From contig OZ320316.1 of the NCBI GenBank assembly GCA_976226885.1, forward strand, positions 38,812,001 through 38,876,000: 64,000 nucleotides of DNA, written 5' to 3'. Positions 1 to 11,600 of the stretch are shown in pieces. The position numbers and the translations under genes were made by a program. The stretch is from Iphione sp. A-MEVVRFRX5. Its lineage: Eukaryota. Under the pieces are notes generated by a model. It saw only the letters and a program-made list of their open reading frames with translations, had not been told where the DNA came from and made no database searches. The first letter of the stretch is position 1. Each line of letters opens with the position of its first letter.

Positions 1-540
1 ATTTGTGTGTATCGGCCGTGGAATCGTTTATCAGACAACTGGTTCCCATCTCGACTGTCCTCTTGCTGCAGCTAGCTTGCAGGCAGTCCACGCAAAGCAA
101 CCTCTACAGAGTATAATTACACTCAGCCCTTCCCTATGTAGAAGAGTAACCGCAAAATTATGGCTGAGGTTTTTTGCTATCAATATAGCATCAGGGTTCT
201 TTTGACTGGTTGAGATCAAAGTTTACTGGGCAAATATTCTTTCTTAATTCTCATTTCCTTCATAGATTTTCATCAGTGCAAACTACAAGTATAGGCTATT
301 AGCTGATTGTTTTCAAATTGTTCTGTTGTTGAGAGACCAAAATATCCACATGGTGTCAAATCGCCAAAAGTCATCAGATGACTACCCAGCCAGCACAGAA
401 ACGTTGTAAAACGTTTAAAAAATTCTCAAAACATTGTTGATGAAAGTTTGTACGATGTTTTCATAACCAGATTAGAAGATGTTTTCAGAACGTTTTGTAA
501 AAACGTTTTTAGAACATTTTTGAAAAGAATGTTTTGAGAG

Positions 541-587
541 GTCTGGACAGGGTTTGAACCTGGTTCCTCTCCACTGAGCCACAGAGG
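541..587 (-). mobile_element. tRNA-derived SINE head fragment
   Basis: The - strand reads TGGCTCAGTGG (A box) ... GGTTCAAACCC (B box) TGTCCAGAC. The same B-box plus TGTCCAG context occurs at about 36520-36540. Confidence 0.45.
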
Positions 588-615
588 ATGCACAAAGGTA
601 ATAGCCCTGAGCTGG

Positions 616-962
616 ACCCACACCTTCACCAGTGTCATCTCCAGCCTTGGCCGTCCTCCTGTCGGCCTCATAGGTCTCTGCCCTCTCTGAGTGCTACACA
701 CATTCTTGGCTGTCCTCCGGTGGCCCTACAAAGTCCCCATCCTTCTCTGGGTGTTACCCACGTCCTCGGTCATTTTCCTGTCGCCCTCAGAGGTCCCCAC
801 CCCTCTCCGAGTGCTACACACGTAATTGGCCATCCTCTGGTCGCCCTATGAAGTTGCCACCCCTCTCTAGGTGCTACCCATGTCCTTGGTAATCCTCCTG
901 TTGCCCCCAGATGTCCCCACACCTTCACCGTGTCACCTTCAGCCTTGGCTGTCATCCTGGTG
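616..962. repeat. ~59-60 bp GC-rich minisatellite, about 5-6 units with alternating A/B variants
   Basis: Repeating CTTGG..TCCTC..GTCGCCCT...CCCTCT...GTGCTAC.CAC. 616-660 recurs at about 916-960. Confidence 0.8.
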
Positions 963-1622
963 CTCCTCACACCTCATTATGTTCCAAAATGTTGTAAAAT
1001 GGTTGCAAACATTATAAGCAGATAAAAAAGTTTTTAAAATGTTGTAAAATGGTTTGCAAACGTTATAACCAAATACAAATGTTGTAAAACGTTTTTAAAA
1101 CGCCCTGTGCTGCCTTAGTATGTCAGTATTAAAAGGGCCGTCAACAGCAAGACACAGTGTCATAATATTTAAAAGGTAGCTTGGTAGTTACCAAAACTAC
1201 TCAGGCCATCAATGTAGTGTTGTTTTTTTGGCTCGCAATGTATATAAATGATGTTCTGTTATATATCATTATTGCAATTGCACTTTGCTATTTTTAACTT
1301 CATATTGACGTGTTGTGACCTAGAGCAAAGTGTCATACATAGCCGCTGACTAGCCTCATGTGGGTTCCCTTTTCGGGCTACGTTGAAATGTTAGGCTGGA
1401 TAGGGAGTATATTTGACTATGTCAACTGTCATTTAAAACATTTCTCAAGTAGCCTTTGATCTATTCTATACATGATTAAAGGATGTATTCTTTATCAGCT
1501 TGGACAAAACTTGTTATAACGTGACCACACCATTTTGTCAATTCACCTTGTGGATACCTAGATGGAACTCATCTGTCTTGGAGGTTATAGTTAAGGGCCT
1601 GCATATCTACTCGTTTTGGGTA

Positions 1623-1799
1623 CAGTGGAAACTCTCTACTATGGACAGCAATGGGACTGACCAAAAACTGTGCATAAAGAGGGGTGTCCTTTATAGCAGG
1701 AGTATTTAAATAGATTATATAGATTTGGTTCTGTTCCCAGTCTGTCCATAGTGGGGGGTGTCCTTTATAGGTGTTTTCTTTAGCAGAGGTGTTCCACTG
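1623..1799. mobile_element. Tc1/mariner-pogo-type MITE
   Basis: TA|CAGTGGAAACTCTC ... GAGGTGTTCCACTG|TA. Confidence 0.8.
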
Positions 1800-2557
1800 T
1801 ATTTTAACCCGATTTTGGCCTTGCCGAACTTAATACACATTCTACCCATTTACCGTCATTATAGAACTGACACCACTAAATTATGTATAACCCGCATGTA
1901 TCTATATACTTCCATGTTATCATGAGTCACACTGTTGTGAGGTTGAGAAGAATAGCATGGCCACGAAGCATTTGAAGGAAATACTTTGAAGCATTGGCCG
2001 AACCTATATGGACTTGAATATTAAACCACTCAACAATAAGTATACTCAGTGACGATCAGGGAGCACTGTTTGTTTTTAACTTTTGGATATGTGTTTCTGA
2101 AAGTTCAACAGGTTAGTTGTACACATGTACAATATAAAATGTACATGTACCAGCCTTTGTGATTCCATAATGCTATTCATCTGATTAAAAAGAACAGAAA
2201 AAGAATAATGAAGTAGTCCAAAGATGAGGTTTTAGTCATAGATATTTATTTTTTGGCTCTGATGTCGGAAATTTGCTCATATGGCTGTCCAAGTGATAGG
2301 TTTATTAGCAGAGGCATGTCTGCCCTATGTGGAGAACATATATCCCGCACCATTTACCTTCGTTGGCATGCTTCCTGTCTTCCTGGCTCCTCCCCCACCC
2401 CACCCAACACTTCCTATAACTCCACCCACTGGTACCACGCAAGATGCGCACACATATAGAACGAGTGGAGCACTCACTGATTCCACAAGCAGTGCACACG
2501 TATGAGAATCCACTAACGGGCGCATACCTCCCTACACACTAACGGACGTATGAAACG

Positions 2558-2609
2558 ATGGTGAGGATTACATGCGGCCTCCTGCTTCTTGTCAGTACTA
2601 TATTACGGG
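2558..2609 (+). CDS. nAChR exon 1 (signal peptide MVRITCGLLLLVSTILRG)
   Basis: ATG at 2558, hydrophobic core, phase-1 donor G|GTAATG matching the phase-1 acceptor of exon 2. Confidence 0.8.
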
Positions 2610-5600
2610 GTAATGTATTCTTTTTTTCATTATATCAAAAAATAAATAATATTTTTTTAATGAAGGCTACAGCAGGAGTTTTTCAGACGTTAGCTTTAAC
2701 AGCAAATACTTCATTACCCAGTTCTTGAGAATTTAGATATGATAGTATATTTTATTCGTATGTAAAACTTCGTCGGTATGTTGTGAGAAAAACCAATCGC
2801 ATTTCATGCAACAAGATGTTATCTTGTTATCAATATCGAGATGTATACACATGTATGTGTCAGCGGTGTGCCTATGTGGGCTAACCATTGTTTCATTTGA
2901 GGTTGTGAGGAATAGATTTTCTTGGCCAAAATTCATTCATACATTTCTGCGTAGAACTGGCTTGAAATAGCGTGATTTGTTTATGATGGTAGAGAAATTC
3001 TGTTTAATCCCTCTATTGGAATCGTCAACGATCCCATCAATAAGCACTTGCAAGGTCTTGTTCGTTTATTTTTCAGGTGGTACCTGTAACCTAACGGAAT
3101 ACCACCTGCTCCAGAATCTATTTGATGAATACAATTTCAACGCCCTACCAGCATCCAACCCTCAGAGCAACATTGTCGTCACAATAGACATTGCCATCAA
3201 TCAAATAATCGATGTGGTGACTAAACAGACAGAATTCTTACAAAAGAATATATGTTGAGCTACTTAAAGGGATGCCCTTGGTAGAACCAGAAGATGTGGC
3301 ATTTTGAATCTGTAGAAACAACGTTATAGGTTTTTTGTAGGCGATAGATGTACATGCACATAAATATATAAGGTAGATGCACATGTGCATTAAAGTGAGC
3401 GCGGAACACATAGGCATAAACTATCATACTGAAAACTTTATACTAAAGTGTTGAAAACAACGTCATTAGGCCTAAATGAATATCTGCGTTTCCGGCAACT
3501 TGTTAAAAAATGATTGGGTTGGTAGGTGGGTGTTTTTTCATTGTCAACTGATACTGAAAGCAACAAATGTAGATGGTAATATCACTTCTGCTGCTTACAC
3601 TATAATGAGACTGGTATCATATGAAAGCTAATTATCTCAGGAATAAGGTGGTGTGTGGTATACATCTATAGCATTATTCATCCCGAAAATATTATAACAT
3701 TTAAGAAAACCCCATAAGGACAATAATCGTCGGTCAGGTTACCGGATACACAGATATTGCTTTAATAGGCCTTTTCATAGTTCATTCCAATCAGAGAGTA
3801 TTAATATTTATTATATTTCATAGGATGACACGGCTGAGACTTTGAAGTCGAAACTATGGATCAGATTGGTAAGTCCATGAGTACATTTTCATTTTGCGGT
3901 AGTGCTAATGCCTACGAAACCATATCTATTGACCAAGTGGGATGAATACAGTATCAAAGATTTTTTAAACAGTATTTAATGAGAGATCATACTTATTAAT
4001 TTATTTAAGATTATGAACTTAAATATTCGTGATAAACGCTGATGCTGTTAAGTCATTCCTAGGTGCAAAGTTACTGGTTTTGGATAAATCAGGAGGCTCT
4101 AGAAGGTCATTTAATCTTTCTGGATTGAAGACTGGTTTCCTTTTCCAATCCCTTTTGTTATTGAGATCAAATTCTCATCTCTGTGATTCCAATATTTAAC
4201 GGTACTTAATTTGAAATGTTGCAATTCCATAATCGTACTAGAAGGGATACCCTGGTCACTACCTGTAGGTCACCCAGTACCCTCAGCACACTAACAAACT
4301 CTTGACCCCTCGCCACTGTTTCAGCCATCTAACTACAATGCACATCTTTCTTTACCGTTCGTGATGTCATAATGGATTATCAGCCAATGAAAATGTGTTA
4401 TTTGAGTATGGGTCATTACCTGTAGATTGTTTAACTATGAGCGATTATGGGTAACACAATGACCTAAAGAAAATGATGTATCGTAACTCTGGATAATTAC
4501 ACCAAAGCGTCCAAAGAAAGGTGCATTGCAAAGAATTTGTTTTAACAATACCTCCTCCAAAAATTAATATTCCCTGAAATCCCTATTCAACCCATTTGAA
4601 CCCCCCCCCCCTGTATACTAGGGAGACACTAGGAATGCTGCAGTAAGGTCCTATGAGAATCAGGTATCCACAGTTTATCCAGATCTTGTGAACTTGATAG
4701 CTATGTTTCCATTTTATGGAGGTGTTTCATAATTCAAAGCGATATTCCTTATTGGGAATGCCCACTCTAGGCCTGCAAAAAATGCACCGTAAGCAATACC
4801 CCATGTTTCTTATCTTTTTGATTTTCCAGAGTTGGATAGATCACAACCTGCGGTGGGACCCAATTTTATACAGCAACATAACCACGCTATTTGTCGTCCC
4901 AAATCTCATTTGGACTCCGGATATAACTTTGTACCAGGAGTAAGTAAGGCATACACGTATTTGAAAATCATACTGTTCTTAGTAATTTAATGTATTGTCT
5001 GCAAATACTTGCGCTATACAACAAAGCAATTAGCGAGGTTAGCAAGGAGTTATCAATCAGCCATTTATCCTTGTAAAAGATAACGACAGATGAGCAAATA
5101 AATAGAGAGGGTAGGGTAATAGAGAATAGAAGGGTGATGATTGTGGATTGCAGAGGAAAAAGCACATATAGTGAGAAACAAAGAAGGAGAGACAGGAAGA
5201 TCCGACTTCAATCTAAACAACTTTGTTTTGTATATGGTTCAAATTCCCATGTTTATTTGAAAGATGCACTGTAGTTGCTAGACTCAACTGTCACTCAAAA
5301 AATACGATCGGTGAATTGTTTTAGGCACACAAGACACAGAAATCCTTGCAACTGAAATCCTTCATCGAGTATGAATACAGATATGGTTTATAGGAAAGGT
5401 TTTTTTTTTTTTTTTATATATGAACATATGAATAGTCGCTAGACACTTCACAAGCAATATGCCACACCCTGCTAAAGGGTGGCAAGGTTTAAGAATAAGT
5501 GTACTTGAATTCTTTTGAACACCAGGTACAGCAGAGTTTCGATCAGCACGTGAGCAGTTAGAACGGCGATGGATCTACCACCTCCAGACGGTTATCCCCA

Positions 5601-8600
5601 GTGGCCTCAACTTAATGGACTAATCGAGTGGCCCTTGCAAATTCATATGTTCCTATAAAAGATTTATCACTGAATCTTGCAAGACATATCAATGGCCACA
5701 AGGTCTGCACATGACCGAGACTCAACATCCATGTGCTAGGTCCTGCCACACTCAACTGCCAATCCCCACCCAAGCACCAATCAGGGTCTGGAGGCAAGAA
5801 CTTAACTGCTTAGGATAAAGATGCAGGCTAAAATACCTTATAAAACTACATCTTCTGGCCATACCACTATCAGTGCAAGACCAGCAACAAATATACATAC
5901 CAACTACACGGGTATATAAATCAAAACTAGCGCCTGATGAGACATTAATGTCAAAACCACAAGTTGCCTAATACATGGTAGTGAGACCTAAGCCACACTA
6001 CCTATTTATTTGAAAACCACTATATCATAACAATCAAATGTTAGAAACTCCCATGTAATCCATTAATGGACAAGACGAAAGTATATATGTATAATTATTT
6101 GGCAACTTTGTAAACAATAGTGCACTGTGGGATACCACAGGTGCATGTCTCAGCCAATGAAAACATCTGTTCATAAAGCTGAAAAAGTTTACTAGTCTGC
6201 TGGCAGCATGAGCTCATGGAACTTTTTGCACTTAATTGTGGTAGCGCACACAACGTCATAAAAGTTTATAGGAAAGGTGGTGTGAGATGCTTAAAGGATG
6301 ATTTGGTAAAGGTGTGAATTCGTTATGGCCCGCGTTGCTAAAGACGCAAATCGGTTACAGCATGAATCCTCCTCAACCCAAACTGAAATAATCACCATAA
6401 GCAGTGGATTTATAGAAAATAAGAATAGCGCATACATTGCAACACCCTGTGACTATCAGTGTAAGGGTTCCATATATATCACAAGCCAATGCCAGGCCCG
6501 TAGCCAGGAAGTCGTGTGGGGGGTATCTCAAATTAGAGAGGTGGAACTTTTAGCTAGAGAGGTGGAACTCCTGATTAAATAGATTCTCTCTCTCTCTCTC
6601 TCTCTCTGCCCTGTCTCTCTTCCTCTCCACCCTTGGTTATATAGGCCTAGAGAGGTGGAACTCCTGGTTCTTTTGGGGGGTATCGGACGATACCCCCGAT
6701 ACCCCCTTGGCTACGGGCCTGAATGCAGTAGTTGTGAGATATCACAGTCAAAGACCCCTTTATTAAGGCAAAAATTCAAAACAGCTGCAGAATGACGGTT
6801 TTGACAATGGAGCGTGATGTCACAGTAGCTATGGGTACATAGCAACTCCCTTGGAGAGTAGTTGAATAGCTTGGTTACTATATATAATTATATAAACATC
6901 CTATTTATATCACATTTTAATTAGAAGGCTTCCTTGGTGACAGAAAAAACACCTCTCAAGGACCAAAAGCTTTTGTTATCTTTTCTTTCCTTTATCACAG
7001 CAGTAATTAAAAAGGGATTTATTTGTGTCTATCTCTTTTAGAAGGGTCCTTCCTCTAGATGTTGTTCACCACTGGTAACACTCATGCCCTGTCTTCCCCT
7101 AGCATATGAGGGTGCTGCTTCTCACACAAGGCCCGAGGTTCATATCAATTTGATGTTAAGTGGTCTCTGCAGAAATCAATGGTATTTTGATAATGGTTAA
7201 CCTTTGCTTTGGTTGTTGTTGAAGATATTTTAACTACTCTCACGAAGTTTCAATTTACATTTCGATTCTCTAACCTTCTCGTGTTGCTGCATTGTTTTCT
7301 TTTAACAGAATCATATCAAATAGTGAGCGTGGGGAGAATATCGGAAAATACCGAGCTAAGATTTCTTCAAGTGGCCATGTCATCTGGAATCGGCCTCACC
7401 TGTACCACACGACGTGTGGTCTCAATGTCAGGTACTTCCCTTTCGACGAGCAGCGATGTAAACTGAAGTTCGGCCCTTGGGCTTACAGTCGCAATTATGT
7501 TGACATGGTCTCAGCAAAGCCGACTGGAGATGTGTCGACATACATATGCAACGGCGAATGGGATCTCCTGGGAATGCCCGCGAAGCGCTCTATCGTGAAG
7601 TACTTCAACGGGCAAGAATTCGTTGATATCACATACACGCTCGTCCTGCACCGCAAACCGCTCTATTATATATTCAATCTTTTCTTGCCATGTATATTCA
7701 TGATGTTTACAGCTTCCTTAGTCTTCTGCCTTCCCCCATCATCCGGAGAGAAGGTGAACCTTGGCATAACTATATTCCTTGCGCTGACAGTGTTCCTGCT
7801 GTTGGTAGCCCAGCTTGTTCCTACACAGTCGGAGTTCGTGCCTTTGACAGGTAAGGGAATCCTACCATGTGGTGTAGCCTCTTGATATGCACTCTCTAAA
7901 CATAGGACAGTTTAAAGCTGAGGTATAGCACAAAAGCAGTTTTTCTCTAAGGATAGACAGAAAATTGATGTTGAAAGCATAGAATTGAAATATAATCATT
8001 CATAATAAGAATAAAATAATGATGAATAACAACAAAGTTCCGTAAGAATAATGAATAACAACAAAGTTCCGTAAGAAATATATCATTTCTTAAATACTTG
8101 CAAAGTTTTAATTGTTCTACTTAACAAAATAACCCTCTATCCCAAAAGGTAGTCCCAGCTAAAAGCCCTTTTACCAACTTTAAACTGACTTGTTTGGTAT
8201 TTACAAGAAAAAGAAAAATAATCGACACAAGACCATTAAAAAAGGTATACTGATACAGCGGAAACTCAATTTATGACCAGCCCTCTGGATCAAGCTCAAC
8301 TGGTCGTAATGGCAAGTTTGGTCATAAATAGATTATTGTTTATTATAAAAATCAAGACCCAGTTCCCACCTAAAATAGTCGTAATAACAAGAATGGTTGA
8401 AAATAGAAGTGGTCGTAAATAGAGACTCTACTGTACTATATTTATCTTTATTAGAACTGTGTTAGTCGTGACACGTCGCTTTAACCTTCTCACTCTCCCC
8501 TTGACAGTGAAAAAGGTTAGTCAACATGTCAGTCCTAACTCACTTCACACATATAATAAACCAGCTGGCAACGACAGATCAATAGAGTGTTGTTGGTAAA

Positions 8601-11600
8601 AATTAAACATATCATTAGTACCAGTTTTACCAATTGTTGTAGCGTTATTCTGCACTCTATGACGTTTTTAGCGATCAATTAATAGACCTATCGCCAAAGG
8701 GTCACCTACACCCTTACTACACTTATGTTTACCTTTTTAAGACAATGTCTTGAAATACTGCAATATAACTGGTGGGTCCCCTCTTATGACATCACAAACG
8801 GTAAGAATTCGTTCGTTGTAATAGTCTGTGGCGATCCATTAATTCTCTATGGACCAGTTTGAAGCAGCTACTGATGCTCCCCTGGTGGATTTTTGGAACT
8901 ACAACGAAAGCGACAACATGGCCAAGAAAGGTAGTAGCAATTTGAATCAATCACTGCCAGAATGGATTCAATGAAACCCCCAAAAGTGATCTTCTACCCC
9001 TCTGGAACAGCATCAGATGAAAATTTGTCCAAGAATATGAAGAATATGTATTTCAATCCAATAGTTGAAGTGCCGACTGAAGAACATGACAATCAGGACA
9101 ATTTTTGGGACGGAGCAGCAGATTTGAAGTCCTACATCAAAAAAAAATCGCAACCCACGAGCTGCCAAGAAGACAGAAAGGGAAGTATGAATTTAAAATT
9201 TAAATAGTTTTTGAGGTCAGTGAACGAAGGAAGAAACCCTAAACATATCCCTCCAAAAGAATTTGATATTTTGATGGAAAGGTCTTTTCTCCAGTTCAAG
9301 AAAGCAGCCAGTTCTGTAGCTAGCTATTTAGATGAGACAAATTATGGTAAGTCCATCATCACACATCCTGCTTTCGGTACATGTAGGAAAGTAATATATA
9401 GACAACAGAAAGAAGAAGCTGAAAGCCGAGGCACTCGGCAGCATGCCGTACAAGGTGAGGTGAATATGAAATATTAGAATATTAGAGGTTCAAACTATTG
9501 AAAACAGCACAATACCAGTGAAAATATGTAATATTTCATGCAATGGCGCTTAATGCTGTACATTAAGGACATATTTTGATTTTTCATACATTTATCTACA
9601 TTTTTGACAAGCAGACGACAGTACTAGAAGTAAAATCCACAATGACAAGAACTAAACAGAGCAAAAGTCCATATAAGGGTCAAAACATGCGTCCGTAATA
9701 AGACTAGTGTTAAAAATGGTGCTAAAGATCATTTTTCATTTTTTTTCTAGGCCAACGCTATAACAATGGAAGAAGAACTGAAACTATGAAATGACAAAAC
9801 AATGTCCATTGAAACTCCCAAAGGACTCCAGAATGCACTATGGTACATCCCAACATAGAGTATGCCTTGGTTTTGGGGGTTGCCCCGAGAGCAGACAGCT
9901 ACGACGGGGGAGACTTGACACTCAAAAAGGACTCCCCAGGTGAAAGTTACAACGAGTGGGTGACTAAAACCAGAGAGGGCGATGAATCCTACCAGCAAAC
10001 CTTCCATCCTAAGCTATGGGCACGCACAGCACACCAAGTAAGGTACCCGATCTATTTGTGGAAAGAGTTTGAGAATCGCCGACCAGCTACAAAACTACAC
10101 CCGGACTCGCATTCTTCTTATCCATTAATGGCAAATGAAAACCTGACTTAGCAGTGTGGTTCTCCAGGATACCTATGAGTACCAACGAACTCGGTCGTAT
10201 CATGAAGAATATGGCAGAGGATGCCAGAAAACAAGGTGCCAGGAAGGAAGAGAACAAACTATTCGGTTCGAAAAACCATATAGAGCACTGATCCATGCAA
10301 ATGTTAATGCCGTGGTTGTTTCACAACTCTCAGGCCATAAATCGACTTCCAGCCTATCATATTACTCTGTTGCAAGTTATCAGCAACAGAAGGATATGTA
10401 TAAGATACTCATCGAAGATTCAACCTCATCTGCACTGGTAAATGCCTAAAACACAAACTCGAAGGTAATATTTCCCACGAATATCATACAGTCATTACTC
10501 TCAGTTAGATAAACAAACTTATTAACAATTAAATTTGTCAACAAAATTACGTACTTAGAATTTAATGCGGGCCCGTCCAAGAAAACCTCAACGGGCACGT
10601 GCACTTAATGAAGCCCTCAGCATCACAAACAGCAATGGTATGTGTGAAGCATTCTATATTGTTATAAGAATTATGCGCTTTCTACTGGGTCAATGTGACT
10701 ATTTCAGATTGAAGTGGCAATGGCAAACTCCAATAAAACTTCGAAGGCAATGCATATGCAGAAGCCATTCTTGGATGACCTGATTACAGGCAACAAATAA
10801 GAGTATAGTATCATGAGCATTAACATTAAATTGTAGTCTGTCGTCGAAAACTGAGCAAATTATATCTTTGCATCTGTGCCTTACTTTTTCAGAACTCTCC
10901 CATACACACACGCAATCTCATGGCAGGCCAAGGAAATTGTCGAAATAATCTACTCCAAAGTTAAAATGTAATTGGAAAATGGTTATAAAACATTTTAAAG
11001 TTGCATTCATGAACACTATATGATCTTTATTATAATCATTTTGAAATGAAGTACTATTGCTCGTATTGTTCTTGGTGAAAAAAATTCCCCTCGACACATG
11101 TTCAAAAAACTTGTGTCCATACAAAATAATACAGGAAACCAAGATGGCAGTCAAAATATGCACATGGTAAGACAAAAAACACTTATATCTTAACAGTCCA
11201 AAAATATTGGCATTGCCATATAATAAAGAGCATACTGCGGACTCGTTCAGCTTTGTCATCTGGGCTGACCTCGCCCCGCGGGTTATTTAGTATCCTCTTA
11301 AAAATAGATCAAGATTGATATGACTGCACTACTACCTGTATTCTCATACAAAAATGTCCTTTCTCTTTGTAGGAATTTATTTTGCCACCTCGATGTGCAT
11401 ACTTGCCTTTGCAACAGCTGCGACTGTCCTGACCCTCAATATCCATCACAGAGGCGAACTTGGGATAGCACCTCCGAAACTTCTCAAAACTATCTTCCAT
11501 GATTATTTATCGAGGCCTTTATTCGTAGCAAAACACGTCATACATCAACGAAAGGCAAGGGAGAGGCAATTGGTAATAATTTAATTACACATAACTAAGA

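Larger units (their letters stand above)
385..1118. mobile_element. TA-flanked non-autonomous TIR element carrying a SINE head fragment and a GC-rich minisatellite
   Basis: Ends CCCAGCCAGCACAG and CTGTGCTGCCTTAG (11/14 inverted match), TA on both sides, subterminal AACGTT/AACATT-rich repeats at both ends. Confidence 0.55.

Noticed and set aside
1-330. Minus-strand frame ending AARGQSRWEPVV*, faintly like an RTE-LINE C-terminus
   Set aside because: Only a few residues match, and upstream frames show no RT motifs.
541-587. tRNA gene
   Set aside because: The A and B boxes are too close and there is no cloverleaf or anticodon arm. Treated as a SINE fragment.
616-962. CRISPR-like array
   Set aside because: Eukaryotic context. 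The units are degenerate tandem repeats with no unique spacers and no cas genes.
2253-2525. Overlapping 64-74 aa ORFs upstream of the nAChR
   Set aside because: No motif. The true start is the signal-peptide exon at 2558, so these lie in the 5' UTR or promoter.
5431-5445. GTCGCTAG as a split 3' half of the hammerhead
   Set aside because: It is explained by the coding sequence VARH of the Penelope endonuclease.
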